Below the pieces are notes generated by a model, which was not told the DNA's origin, ran no database searches, and worked only from the letters and a program-made list of their open reading frames with translations. Shown here in pieces: positions 42,101 through 51,539 of a stretch of 64,000 bases of DNA. The position numbers and the translations under genes were made by a program. How positions within the stretch are numbered: position 1 is the stretch's first letter; the number at the start of each line of letters is the position of its first letter. Source of the stretch: an uncultured Candidatus Binatia bacterium (GTDB lineage Bacteria; Desulfobacterota; Binatia; UBA9968; JAJDTQ01); assembly GCA_965213675.1 (NCBI GenBank), contig OZ243916.1, positions 1,728,001-1,792,000 on the forward strand, given 5' to 3'.

Positions 42101-43166
42101 TAGACGTAACCGTGACGTGCCCCGGTATCCTCGTGTGCTCGAACCCCGTCAAGATCGGGGTGTTGTCATGCTTTACAAGAACCGTTCCCCCGTTGAGGTT
42201 TCGATGAATCATGGGTTGGTCGGCCGTGCCGGCTTCATGCATCTCACGCAAGGCCGTCAGGGCTTGACGTGCGAAGCTCAGGCGGCCATTCACGTTCCAG
42301 GAGTGGTCGGCAGACCTTTCTTCAAGGGTGGGTGTTGCCGGATCAGCAATAGTGAAGAATTTGACCTCACCCGTGAATCCGCGAGCGTCCTGGAAAGAAT
42401 CGACGATGCGTGGCGCCCAAGCGTACTGTTGCAACCGGCGTAGAGCCTCCCACTCCCGTTCCGCTTTCTTGGCGGCATTCGCTTCGTCGCTGTCCGTCAT
42501 ATCGTAAAGATGGAGGATCACGCGCTCTTGCCGTGCCGAATGCGTCGCCTTGTAGACTCGGTGGAATCGCTCCGTTGCAGGCGATTGCAGTACGAGGTGC
42601 GTATAACCGTCAAGATTCTTTATCTGGCCATCCATCGCCACAACGTTCCGCGGCGTCAATGTTCGTCCCAAGGCACTGATCTGCTCCGGCGACAGTATAC
42701 TAGGCAGTTCCAACCCCACTGCATCGCGCCAAGTGTTGAACGTGTGGAATGAAACGCCATGAATGGGCTCTCTTGCCTCAAGGGTCTTGACTTTCGAAGC
42801 GTCCTCCGTGACCAGAAACACACCATCCACACGGGGAAGATGCGGCACCTTTCGCCGCAGGGCCGTACCCATCTTCCGTGCCTTGCTGGTTACCCGATCC
42901 GCTTCTTGTTCGACGGCTTGAGGGTGCCGATTGACCCACGCCGCCGTCCAATGTTTGACTTCGATGACGCGGACTCCGGGAGGACCGATTACGACGATAT
43001 CAATCTCGTCAGACTGAAGCCGTTCATTAACGGAGAAGAGCAAGTTCGTAAGCAACAACCAATTGCCATCACCCTCGTGGCCAATCAAGCGAGTCTTGAG
43101 TTGCGCAATGGCTCGGCGTTCGCTTTCGTTGACGGCCGGGCCGCAGGGAATTATATCTGTCTTCAT
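39105..43166 (-). CDS. NERD nuclease - pseudokinase - Ser/Thr kinase - P-loop ATPase fusion (MAD6-like; PglW-like N-terminus, DndF-like C-terminus)
   Basis: NESE...EIDIVVIGPPGVRVIEVKHW (NERD). Kinase 1: IHRNLN and LTGFE. Kinase 2: LGSGGVG, VAK, VHGDVSPRN, LTDYD. ATPase: ILCGNAGDGKT, LLAINDGRL, CHTC...C. Confidence 0.85.
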   Translation of the reverse strand: MKTDIIPCGPAVNESERRAIAQLKTRLIGHEGDGNWLLLTNLLFSVNERLQSDEIDIVVIGPPGVRVIEVKHWTAAWVNRHPQAVEQEADRVTSKARKMGTALRRKVPHLPRVDGVFLVTEDASKVKTLEAREPIHGVSFHTFNTWRDAVGLELPSILSPEQISALGRTLTPRNVVAMDGQIKNLDGYTHLVLQSPATERFHRVYKATHSARQERVILHLYDMTDSDEANAAKKAEREWEALRRLQQYAWAPRIVDSFQDARGFTGEVKFFTIADPATPTLEERSADHSWNVNGRLSFARQALTALREMHEAGTADQPMIHRNLNGGTVLVKHDNTPILTGFEHTRIPGHVTVTSTSELAAEDRESTTAPEVRSHGKGVANQRSDVFSLCATLSTLFHDEPDDIGISVAAVLDKGLAEASEARSSLSDLEAALSKVSGHGECDTPPPASRYWTEDQVIPFRGQQYRIVSRLGSGGVGTTYKVTGIHRETKDELGTYVAKVVRDEVTGRRVARAHELARSHLRHTALSTIFEVAPEWQDNGFVALLTWVEGMPLSEYTGVLPILADDLGDVSGEGLAIQWLRVACEALGTLHGNGLVHGDVSPRNLIVSGHELVLTDYDCVTKIGAQAEMPGTMLYCAPYGSQGRVSTPSDDLYALAASFFHVLLDREPFQYDGGLAKERGLKWQGSEREEFPMLAAFLDRATDPDPARRFGNTADALAALSEQADRGESSGSSVAQEDGDGVDATARTDRGTPSVALPTQRQENEVPWLKSLLQSYPGSRWGNSETRGLDSEFAVGTYVETRLEQALYRAVQDRQVSLVILCGNAGDGKTALLQYLAREFGLGTQTSASRILTGTLSNTLTVRLNLDGSASWRDRSADEILDEFLEPFQHGRPSEDVAHLLAINDGRLLEWIESVEERGGDTPLTKDLRAFLGGDSVLESPHIRFVNLNLRSLVGSRATDGRSVDDSFLDRLLDSLYGGELAATHWAPCHTCSSQDRCEVFRATRIFGPGELAEGHLRRRARASLFCALQAVHLRGETHITVRELRAALVYVLFGLHYCHDYHAGSNGEDADEKPPPQSYAERAFSPVSTGRQGEVLRDLARFDPGLEAHPRLDRRLLQTLDPEDEERPPHYSGLPLAAARRRAYFEWSETDIQRLTGDPHTLGVARGRHLREFLDLATSDNGDQRRQLTERLCDGISRLETLPREALERETGVPLQITPRTPTETVFWVEKPLDRFRLEVDLPDVGEGVEQLHRQVSLIYVYGNGNEERLRLGAELFHLLLELAEGYQLGDVATDDVFAHLSIFVQRLLQEDDRRMFAWNPMKDTVFEIFVDVDGDAGTTSSQRLVLEPTDS

Positions 43167-43389
43167 CGTGACACCTGCCCCAATGTCCGCGAACAAGTCT
43201 CAATCGTGTTCATGGTCGGTGAACGTAACAGAAGCCGGCAACAGCTATCCACTTGTCCTCCAAACGCCCGTTCCGGTTCCTCCAGTCGAGAAATGGGGCG
43301 CCAGGTCCCATCATTCTGTGTGTTGCCGGACCTGGCTACGCGATGCCGACATCATTGACATCGGGTCATTTCCGTCAGTGGGGTCGCCA

Positions 43390-44358
43390 TCACAGCCCTG
43401 CTGCCATTTCCTTGGCGAAGTAGGTGAGGATCATGTCGGCGCCGGCGCGTTTGATGGACAGGAGGACTTCGGGCACGACGGTGCTTTCGTCGATCCAGCC
43501 GTTGTGGGCGGCGGCCTTGATCATGGCGTATTCGCCGCTGACGTTGTAGGCGGCGGTGGGGTAGGCGAAGCGTTGCTTGACGCGCGCGATGACGTCCAGG
43601 TAGGAGAGCGCGGGCTTGACCATGACGATGTCGGCGCCCTCGGCGATGTCGGCCTCCACCTCGCGCAGCGCCTCGTCGCTGTTGCCCGGGTCCATCTGGT
43701 ACGAGCGGCGGTCGCCGAACCGGGGCGTGGATTCCGCGGCCTCGCGGAACGGACCGTAGAAGCCCGAGGCGTATTTGGCGGCGTAGGCCATGATGACGAC
43801 ATTCTCGAAGCCTTCGCCGTCGAGCGCGCTCCGAATGGCGCCCACGCGGCCGTCCATCATGTCCGACGGGGCCACCACGTCGGCGCCGGCGCGGGCATGG
43901 GACAGCGCTTCCCTGACCAGTAGTTCGAGGGTGTCGTCGTTGTCCACCGCGCCGTCGTGGATGACGCCGCAATGGCCGTGGTCGGTGTACTCGCACAGAC
44001 ACACGTCGGTCATCACCAGCAGGTCCGGGGCCTTGTCCTTGATGGCGCGCACCGCCTGCTGCACCACGCCGTGTTCGGCCCAGGCTTCCGATCCCAAGGG
44101 GTCCTTGGTCTCGGGGATACCGAAAAGAATCACCCCCGGGATGCCCAGGCGCCAGACATGCTCCGCCTCCGCCGCGGCCCGGTCCACGGAGAGTTGCGAC
44201 ACGCCGGGCATGGACGTCACCGGCAGCGCCTGGTCACGGCCCGGACACACGAACAGCGGATAGATGAAGTCGCGGGGGCTGAGGGCGGTCTCGCGCACCA
44301 TGTCCCGCAGCAGGGCGGTGCGCCGGAGCCGTCGCGGCCGGGTAATGGGAAATGCCAT
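43390..44358 (-). CDS. hemB: Porphobilinogen synthase (ALA dehydratase)
   Basis: [54 protein letters not shown]. Confidence 0.97.
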   Translation of the reverse strand: MAFPITRPRRLRRTALLRDMVRETALSPRDFIYPLFVCPGRDQALPVTSMPGVSQLSVDRAAAEAEHVWRLGIPGVILFGIPETKDPLGSEAWAEHGVVQQAVRAIKDKAPDLLVMTDVCLCEYTDHGHCGVIHDGAVDNDDTLELLVREALSHARAGADVVAPSDMMDGRVGAIRSALDGEGFENVVIMAYAAKYASGFYGPFREAAESTPRFGDRRSYQMDPGNSDEALREVEADIAEGADIVMVKPALSYLDVIARVKQRFAYPTAAYNVSGEYAMIKAAAHNGWIDESTVVPEVLLSIKRAGADMILTYFAKEMAAGL

Positions 44359-44377
44359 TGGGGCAACTCCTGGAGAG

Positions 44378-47300
44378 CTACCAGCGGGCTGCGGCCTCCA
44401 GCCCGAACATGTGATCCAAACCGGATCCGGCACTGTGCCGGCGCGTGGCCGTGACGTCCCACGAAAGAGCGGAAGCGTGGGTTGCCACCCCCGGCGTCCA
44501 TCGCCAGCCAACGCTGTAATCGCGCGCCGAATCGGAGACACCGAGCCCGACATGCGGGCTGCCGGTGAAGCGGCCGCCGAATACGGGAATACCGTAGGCG
44601 GCTTCCGCAGTCCAGCGGCTGCCGTGGCCTGTACGGTCCGCAAGCGAGCCGGGCGCGAACAGCGCGTCAAGACCGCCTTTGGCTTGGCCGCCAAACTCCT
44701 GGCGCAGGCTGAACGACAGTCCACGCCGCAACGCGGGCTGAGGATCGAAGACCAGCGCAACCGCGACGCCTTGATCCTTCAGGGCATTCGCCTCATGCGT
44801 GATGAGGGTGCGTCCCTCCACGTCAAGCGAAAGGCCGAGACCGGGGTCCGCCCAGGCGAGCCCGCCACCGACTTCCATCCCCAGACCGGTCTCCGCATCG
44901 CCGCCGTCGTAGCGCGCACCCAGAGCCACCTTCGGCGTCAACCGCGCACCGTCCTCGTAGGCCATCGTCCAGCTTCCTTCCAAACCAAGACGGAGTCGGG
45001 AGACATCGGATTCCGCTGCGGCAAGCTCGCGGGTCTTGTCGGACGACGTACGCGCCCACAGTGCATCCGACGTGAGGGCGAGTGCCGCACCGCCCGCGGC
45101 GGCCGGGGGGATCAGGGCGCTGCGCAGACCCGCCGCCATCATGGTCCAGTCGATGTCGGCGGACTTGGCGGCGCTGTCGTGCTTGAGCGAAAGATCCCCC
45201 GCGCCGTAGCCAGCGGCCCCCCAGAGCTTCAGTCGCTCCGATGCCCGGAACGACGCATAGGGAATGGCGGCAGTCAGCGACGAATCCACCGTCGCCGGAT
45301 GGGGGTCCCCGGCGCGCGCGGCGCCTTGATAGCCCCCTTCGCCATCGCTGTGCGCGAGCGCAAGTCCCACCAGCCAGTGATCCCGCGCGTAGTCGGCCCC
45401 CAGCATGGCGGTTAAGACCTCGCCATCCAGGTCGACGCGCCCGTCTTCGCCGTCGAAGCGACCTTCCGACGCCCGGCCCCAAAAGGCCACGCTCCCCCCC
45501 GCCGCGTCCGGCTTACCGGTCAGCGCGAAGCGGCTCCCGAGCAGCGGATTCCGGTCCATCCCCGCGGCGTCCGCGCCAAAGCCATGGCCGAACGCGTCGA
45601 AGCGCTCCGCGGTCCCGATGTGGAAGCCTGAAGCAGCGCCGGACGGCGCCGCCACCCCGGGCCGAACCCCGGACAGGCTGCCCGTTCCGCCGTTGCCACG
45701 CGCCGCCGCTGCGCCGGCGGCCGTTCTGAACGTCTGTCCCGCAATGCTGCCGTGCGCGCCCGGCGCGCGGGCGGCCTCGAGGCGCCCCGTGATGCCGTCG
45801 AGCGCCTGCTCCGCCACCGTGCGCCCGAAACGGGCCAGCCACGCCTTCGGCATCGAGTCCGTGTTGACAATGGTGCCTATGCCGATGCGGTCCGCGATGG
45901 TCGCCCCCTCCGGGCTGCTGAGCACCAATCGAAAGGTCTCGCCCGGATCGTCGTGGTCGTCGTCGATGATGCCCACCGCCACCGATTTCAGACTCTCCCC
46001 GCCTTGAAAGGTCAGGGTGCCGTACGTGATGGAGAAATCCTCGCTCATCCTGGCACTGCCGCTCTGGGTGCTGTAGTGCACCCGGACGGCGCCCAAGTCG
46101 GGCGCCGGGGGATCGAGGGTCACGTCGAACCACATCTGCCCGTCGGACTCGCTTGCCGTGGCATCCGAAACCGAAAGCGCCGGCAGGGCCTGCGGCGCGC
46201 CGTCGTTGTCGTAGACGATCACGGATGCCGTGTACGGCGTGTGCAACAGATACCCGTCGCCGTCGCTGACTTGCACGACCACGGTCACCGGGCCGGAGGT
46301 CTCTTCGACGGCGTCATCCACCGTTGCCACGGTGAAGGTCTGCACGTCGCTTTCGATGACCGCGGCCTGTCTGCCGATCCCCCGGAACAGGACCGTTTGC
46401 GGGCCCTCATCGGCCGCGGCGACAAAATCTCCGTCCTCATTGTCACCATCCGATTCGGCGGCGTCGCTGATGAGGACCTTGATCTCGAGGTCCTCCGTCA
46501 ACGGCGGACGGGCCTCGAGCATGAAGGTTGCGGGCTCACCCTCCGTGACCGCGGCCTGGGCGCTGATGGTGATGACCGGTGTTCCCGGAACCACGTCCCA
46601 CGGATCCGGCAGAATCGTGCCCACCGCCAGGCCATTGGCGATCTCGGCTCCGTCCACCCTGACGATCCTGAGCCCAAACGTCTCGGGCGCCTTCTCGTCC
46701 TCATCATCATCGATGATCCGAACCCCGGCGTAGGCTTCCGTCTCACCGGGCGAGAAGACGACATAGCTGGAGACCCGGCCCCCCGACAGTTCGTAATCCT
46801 CTCCCGGCGTCGCCGGCCGGGCGCCAGGCGTCTCCGGCGTGGTGTACAGGGTGTACCGGACTGTCACCCGACCCGCGGACGGACGGCTGAGTGTCACCGG
46901 AAAACGCATCTGCGAATAGCTGTCACGGTCGCCTTCCACGAGGGTCGCATCCGCCACGGACACCGACAGATCCTCGTCTCCGACATCATTGTCGTTGATC
47001 AGCACCGTCGCGGAATCGGGGAAACCCACCAGGTAGCCTTGTCCCTCATCCACGCTTGCGGTGAGCGAACCATCATACTCGTCCACCTCGTCATCCTGCG
47101 TGGGAACTTCGAGCACGCCCGTACCGCTTGAGTCGATGATGGCGGTCACCGGGCTGGACAAATCGCCGTCATGGACGAACGAGTTGCGTTGCGAGAGGGT
47201 CAACAGCACTACGAGATCCGCCGCGGGAGCGGGGATCGCGCTCAGCGAAAACGTGGCCGTTTCGCCTTCGATGATGGTCGGTCCCGAATCAATGCTCACC

Positions 47301-49714
47301 AGGGGCGTATGGCTGTCGCCATCGATCACACGGATGGTCCCGCCCATCGGAGAGCCGATCACGTAGGCCGCGCCGGTCAACAGACTGGCGCTGACCGTCC
47401 CGCTCATCTCGTCCGCATCGGTATCGGTGCCGACGGCAAGCGTGCCGGTCCCGTCGCTGCCGATGGTCACCGTCCGGATGCCCGTCTCACCGGAACCCGC
47501 CACGCCGCCGCGGTCGCTGACGTGGACGCGGACGTCGATGGTGGTTGCCGGCGCCGGGCTGGCGGTGAGCGCAAAGCTCGCGGTCTCGCCCTCGATGACG
47601 TCCGCGCCCGGGACGATGCGGATCCGCGGCGTCGGCGCGCCGCCATCGGTGACATCCACGCGCGCCGAAGTCGGGGCCACGCGCTCGTACCCGTCCCCGG
47701 TCCGCAGCTCAGCCGTAATCGTCCCATCGTTTTCGTCCACATCGTCCGGCTCTGTCACCACGGTCAGAACACCGGCGCCATCCGTACCGATGGTGACCGT
47801 CTTCGAGCCGGTCTGACCCGAGGCCGCGAACGAACCCGAGGCGGCCACCTGCACGTTCACCACCAGCGGACTCGCGGGAGGAGGACTGGCCGTGAGCGCA
47901 AAGGATGCGCTTTCCCCCTCTTGTATGCCGGGTCCAGCGGCAATGCTGACTCTCGGCGTCTGCGCGCCGCCGTCGGTGACGTCCACGCGCGCCGACGCGG
48001 GCGATCCAAGCGCGTAGCGTTCGCCCATCTTGACGATGCGCACCGTGACGTGGCCATCCGGGTCGTCCACATCGTCGGCATCCGTAAGCACGGAAACGTC
48101 GCCCCAACCGCTCGAATAGACGGTGACAATCTTGCGGCCCCCCTGGCCACGGGCCAGCAGGGCGCCACTATCCACCACATCCACCGCAACTTGCAGGTTG
48201 CTGCTGGGCTTGGGGTTGGCCCACACGTGGAAGTTGGCCGTGCCCCCCTCCCAGATGGGCGGCCCCGCGGTGATGGTGAGCCGCGGCGTGGGCGCGCCGC
48301 CATCGGTGACGTCCACCGCCGCGGAAGCCGGCGAGCCCACCGTATAGCCAGGCCCGCCGGCGAGGGTCGCCGTGAGGGTGCCATCGGCCTCATCCCGGTC
48401 ATCGCTGGCGGTTCGCACGCTGAGGGTGCCCGTGCCATCCGTGCCAATGGTCACGCTTCTCGTCCCGGTCTGACCGCTGGCCGCGAAACGTCCGTCCTCC
48501 GTGACGCGCACCGACACCACCAGGCTTGTCGCCGGCGCCGGACTTGCCGTCAGTGAAAAGCTGGCCGTGCCGCCCTCGTCAATGTCGCCATTGCCGGTGA
48601 TGCTGATTCGCGGCGTGGGCGCGCCGCCATCCGAAACCGCCACCGTCGCGGTGCCTGGGTTGCCCACGCCATACCGGTGAGCGCGAACGACGCTGGCCGT
48701 GATCACGCTGTCGGCTTCATCGACACTGTCCCGCTCGGTCCGGACGCGCAGGGTCCCGCGCCCGTTGCTGCCGATGGTCACCACCCGCCGTCCGGTTTCG
48801 CCGTTGACGGCCATGTCGCCGCTGTCGCTGACATTCACGTCCACGTTCAGGCTTGTCGCGGGTCTCGGGTTCGCCCGGAGAGCGAACGTCGCGGCGCCGC
48901 CCTCCCGGATGGAAGGGCCGGCCGAGATGGTGACCGAAGGTGGATCATTGTCCGTCACAATGATGGTCGCCGAGCCGTAGCCACTGCGGACCGTGTATTT
49001 CGGACTCGCGGTGATGGTCGCGGTGATGGAGCCGTCAAGGTCGTTGACCGCGTTTTCCCGCGTGTAGATGATGACGGTCTTGCGGCCGTCCGGATCCAGG
49101 GTCACGTCCCTTTGGCCCATATCCCTGCCGGTGAAGAAACTGCCCGACTGGGAGATGTTCACCGACACCGTGGCCGCGGCCTTGGGTGTCGCCGAAAGGG
49201 TGAAGAAGACCCGGCCGCCTTCCTTGGCGGAACCGCTCCCGAACAGGGTGATCTCCGGCTTCGCCGCCGAGGGCTCCGGTTTGGGATCCCGGATCGTGCC
49301 GGTGGCCTTGGTGGTGCCGAGTTTCAGGCGACGCGGTCCCGAGAGCACCAACTCGAAGGTCTCATTGCCCTCGTCGAGATCGTCGGCAATGGTCTTGATC
49401 AGAATCTCGGTTTCCTTCTTGCCCGGTGAGAAGGAAGCCGTGTAGCTGGCGTCTTCGTAATCCACGCCGGCGGTCGCGGTGACACCCCGTATCACCCAAC
49501 TGAACTGCGCGGACTGACGGCCCGCCACGGGCTTGTCGAGCGTGGCCACGAAGCCGAGCCAGCCACCCTCCGTGACAGAGGCATCGGAGACGGTGACAAC
49601 CGGCAGGTCTTCATCCGCGGCCCGAACCGGGCCATGCGGAAGGAACAACGCCAGAACGAGCGCCATGACGCCCAGCCTCGACGCAAACCACAACCCCCGA
49701 GCGAATGAATTCAT
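44378..49714 (-). CDS. Large repeat-rich surface protein: Calx-beta/Ig-like passenger plus autotransporter-like beta-barrel
   Basis: Signal peptide (..VRA-ADED); three Calx-beta-like units and about eight ~109-aa repeats; linker [14 protein letters not shown]; C-terminal amphipathic beta-strands ending in W. Confidence 0.85.
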   Translation of the reverse strand: MNSFARGLWFASRLGVMALVLALFLPHGPVRAADEDLPVVTVSDASVTEGGWLGFVATLDKPVAGRQSAQFSWVIRGVTATAGVDYEDASYTASFSPGKKETEILIKTIADDLDEGNETFELVLSGPRRLKLGTTKATGTIRDPKPEPSAAKPEITLFGSGSAKEGGRVFFTLSATPKAAATVSVNISQSGSFFTGRDMGQRDVTLDPDGRKTVIIYTRENAVNDLDGSITATITASPKYTVRSGYGSATIIVTDNDPPSVTISAGPSIREGGAATFALRANPRPATSLNVDVNVSDSGDMAVNGETGRRVVTIGSNGRGTLRVRTERDSVDEADSVITASVVRAHRYGVGNPGTATVAVSDGGAPTPRISITGNGDIDEGGTASFSLTASPAPATSLVVSVRVTEDGRFAASGQTGTRSVTIGTDGTGTLSVRTASDDRDEADGTLTATLAGGPGYTVGSPASAAVDVTDGGAPTPRLTITAGPPIWEGGTANFHVWANPKPSSNLQVAVDVVDSGALLARGQGGRKIVTVYSSGWGDVSVLTDADDVDDPDGHVTVRIVKMGERYALGSPASARVDVTDGGAQTPRVSIAAGPGIQEGESASFALTASPPPASPLVVNVQVAASGSFAASGQTGSKTVTIGTDGAGVLTVVTEPDDVDENDGTITAELRTGDGYERVAPTSARVDVTDGGAPTPRIRIVPGADVIEGETASFALTASPAPATTIDVRVHVSDRGGVAGSGETGIRTVTIGSDGTGTLAVGTDTDADEMSGTVSASLLTGAAYVIGSPMGGTIRVIDGDSHTPLVSIDSGPTIIEGETATFSLSAIPAPAADLVVLLTLSQRNSFVHDGDLSSPVTAIIDSSGTGVLEVPTQDDEVDEYDGSLTASVDEGQGYLVGFPDSATVLINDNDVGDEDLSVSVADATLVEGDRDSYSQMRFPVTLSRPSAGRVTVRYTLYTTPETPGARPATPGEDYELSGGRVSSYVVFSPGETEAYAGVRIIDDDEDEKAPETFGLRIVRVDGAEIANGLAVGTILPDPWDVVPGTPVITISAQAAVTEGEPATFMLEARPPLTEDLEIKVLISDAAESDGDNEDGDFVAAADEGPQTVLFRGIGRQAAVIESDVQTFTVATVDDAVEETSGPVTVVVQVSDGDGYLLHTPYTASVIVYDNDGAPQALPALSVSDATASESDGQMWFDVTLDPPAPDLGAVRVHYSTQSGSARMSEDFSITYGTLTFQGGESLKSVAVGIIDDDHDDPGETFRLVLSSPEGATIADRIGIGTIVNTDSMPKAWLARFGRTVAEQALDGITGRLEAARAPGAHGSIAGQTFRTAAGAAAARGNGGTGSLSGVRPGVAAPSGAASGFHIGTAERFDAFGHGFGADAAGMDRNPLLGSRFALTGKPDAAGGSVAFWGRASEGRFDGEDGRVDLDGEVLTAMLGADYARDHWLVGLALAHSDGEGGYQGAARAGDPHPATVDSSLTAAIPYASFRASERLKLWGAAGYGAGDLSLKHDSAAKSADIDWTMMAAGLRSALIPPAAAGGAALALTSDALWARTSSDKTRELAAAESDVSRLRLGLEGSWTMAYEDGARLTPKVALGARYDGGDAETGLGMEVGGGLAWADPGLGLSLDVEGRTLITHEANALKDQGVAVALVFDPQPALRRGLSFSLRQEFGGQAKGGLDALFAPGSLADRTGHGSRWTAEAAYGIPVFGGRFTGSPHVGLGVSDSARDYSVGWRWTPGVATHASALSWDVTATRRHSAGSGLDHMFGLEAAARW

Positions 49715-49786
49715 ACGGACCCCTCGTACAAGATTCCCAATATATTCCAAATAGTTGAGCGTACAATGCTAAAGTAGCACGAACGC

Positions 49787-50602
49787 TCATGGGATGGAAC
49801 GCACGGCCGCACTGTCCGAGAGCGCCTGAATGAGGCCGGGGATGGTGTATTCCTGCGCCACCGCAGCCACGTCCAGGCCGCGGCCGCGGGCGGCGTCGGC
49901 GGTGATGGGACCGATGCAGGCAACCCGCACAGCGGCGGGGATACTCGCGTTCACCCCAACGAGCAGGTCCATGAAGGCATTCACGGTGCTGGGACTGGTG
50001 AACGTGGCCCAGTCCACCTGGCCCAGGACTTCCAGCAGGCGCCCGGCGCCGCGGCCCACGGCCTCGTTGCGGTAGGCTTCCACCACGTCCACTTGCGCGC
50101 CCCAGCGGCGGAGGGTATCCGGCAGCACGTCCCGCGCTCCGGCGACACGGGGGAGCAGGAACCGCCGGCCGCGAGCCCGCTCGGCGCCAAGGGCCGACAG
50201 GATGCCCTCGGCGCGGTATTCCCGGGGCACGAGGCTCACCGCCAGTCCTCGCTCCTCCAGCAGGCGGGCGGTCTGCGGACCGATGGCCGCGATGGCGAGC
50301 CCGCGCAGGCCGTCCATGCACGCGAGGGCTTCACAGCGGGCAAGGAAGTGACGGACCCCGTTGGCGCTGGTAAAGACCAGCCAGTCCTGTTCCGGCAAAC
50401 CGCGGATGGCGCGGTCGAGGTCGGCGCTGTCCGCCAGCGGCAGGATCGCCACCGTGGGGAAGACCACGGCGCGCGCGCCCAGAGCCTCCACGCCGCGCAC
50501 GAAGGCGCCGGCCTGCTCCCGCGGCCGCGTGATGAGGATGCGTTGTCCGGACAGCGGAGCGCCGGCCGGTGTGGACGATCCGGGCTGCGCGGCATCGCTC
50601 AT
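49787..50602 (-). CDS. hemD: Uroporphyrinogen-III synthase
   Basis: ILITRPREQA, WLVFTSANGV, AAIGPQTA, VEAYRN, FTSPSTV, CIGPITA. Confidence 0.93.
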   Translation of the reverse strand: MSDAAQPGSSTPAGAPLSGQRILITRPREQAGAFVRGVEALGARAVVFPTVAILPLADSADLDRAIRGLPEQDWLVFTSANGVRHFLARCEALACMDGLRGLAIAAIGPQTARLLEERGLAVSLVPREYRAEGILSALGAERARGRRFLLPRVAGARDVLPDTLRRWGAQVDVVEAYRNEAVGRGAGRLLEVLGQVDWATFTSPSTVNAFMDLLVGVNASIPAAVRVACIGPITADAARGRGLDVAAVAQEYTIPGLIQALSDSAAVRSIP

Positions 50603-51510
50603 GGCCGCGCCTCCCGCAAAACGGCGGCCGCCCCCTCGGCGAGCAGGCGTTCCGCCAGCCGTGTCCCCAGCGCGGCGGCGTCCGCGGGCGCTCCCGACAA
50701 TTCGCCTCGGAAAACCCGCTTGCCGGAAACCTCCGCCACCATGCCGGCAAGGGCAAGGCGGTCGCCCCGCGCCACGGCGCGCGCGCCCACGGGCGCCTGG
50801 CAACCTCCCTCCAGGCGCGCCAGAAAGGCGCGCTCCGCGGTCACTTCCGCCGCCGACGGCCCGTGGTCGAGAAAGCGCAGGCGCGCCACCTCGCCGTGGC
50901 GCGTCTCCAGGCCCAGCGCGCCCTGGGCCACGGCGCTCATGCAGGTTTCCGGCGGCAGCGCCTGCGTGGCCTCGTGGGCCCGCCCCAGGCGCTTGAGTCC
51001 GGCCAGCGCCAGCACCAGGGCATCCACCTCGCCGCGCGCGAGCCTGGCCATGCGTGTGCCGACGTTTCCCCGGATGGGCGCCACGGTGAGGTCTGGGCGC
51101 TGGTGCAGCAACTGCGCGCGCCGCCGGAGACTGCCCGTGCCGATGCGCGCCCCGGCCGGAAGCCCGGCAAGGCTCCCCGCGACCCGGCTCACCAGCGCGT
51201 CCGCCGGGTCCTCACGCTCTGGCACCGCGGCGATGGCCAACCCTTGGGGAAGCTCGGTGGGCAGGTCCTTCATGGAATGCACCGCGACGTCGATGTCGCC
51301 GCGCAGCAGCGCCTCTTCGATCTCCTTGATGAACACGCCCTTGGCGCCGATCCGCTCGATGGGAACGTTCTGGAAGCGGTCTCCGCTGGTGCGGATGGGG
51401 ACGATTTCCACCACGGCTTGTGGACGCCGCTCGCGGATGCGCGCCTGAACCCATTCCGCCTGAACCAGGGCCAGGGGGCTCCGCCGGGTGCCGATACGAA
51501 ATCTGTTCAT
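50599..51510 (-). CDS. hemC: Hydroxymethylbilane synthase
   Basis: IGTRRSPLALVQ, KGVFIKEIE, AVHSMKDLP, IGTGSLRR, RGNVGTR, LEGGCQAP. Confidence 0.96.
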   Translation of the reverse strand: MNRFRIGTRRSPLALVQAEWVQARIRERRPQAVVEIVPIRTSGDRFQNVPIERIGAKGVFIKEIEEALLRGDIDVAVHSMKDLPTELPQGLAIAAVPEREDPADALVSRVAGSLAGLPAGARIGTGSLRRRAQLLHQRPDLTVAPIRGNVGTRMARLARGEVDALVLALAGLKRLGRAHEATQALPPETCMSAVAQGALGLETRHGEVARLRFLDHGPSAAEVTAERAFLARLEGGCQAPVGARAVARGDRLALAGMVAEVSGKRVFRGELSGAPADAAALGTRLAERLLAEGAAAVLREARP

Positions 51511-51539
51511 GTCGTGGTCGGGATGCCTTTCCGCCCGCG

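Larger units (their letters stand above)
31440..43350. mobile_element. Putative horizontally acquired defence island (no integrase seen)
   Basis: Visibly more A/T at third codon positions than the flanks; contains only defence/TA-type genes. Boundaries approximate; no att repeats found. Confidence 0.55.

Noticed and set aside
39105-43166. Calling the locus BREX type 2 (pglW) or a complete MADS/Dnd system
   Set aside because: No pglX/pglY/pglZ, mad1-5 or dndBCDE in the window, and the kinase C-terminus is a P-loop ATPase unlike PglW. Only a partial-similarity call is supportable.
43245-43253. ctatccact as a DnaA box
   Set aside because: Single copy with two mismatches and no origin context.
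43390-44760. 456-aa HemB with a long N-terminus
   Set aside because: The extension overlaps the autotransporter 3' end; the RBS and homology start at 44358.
46990-49260. Periodic repeats as a CRISPR array or DGR template
   Set aside because: The period is about 330 bp, in frame within a protein and degenerate at third positions; no cas or reverse transcriptase genes are present.
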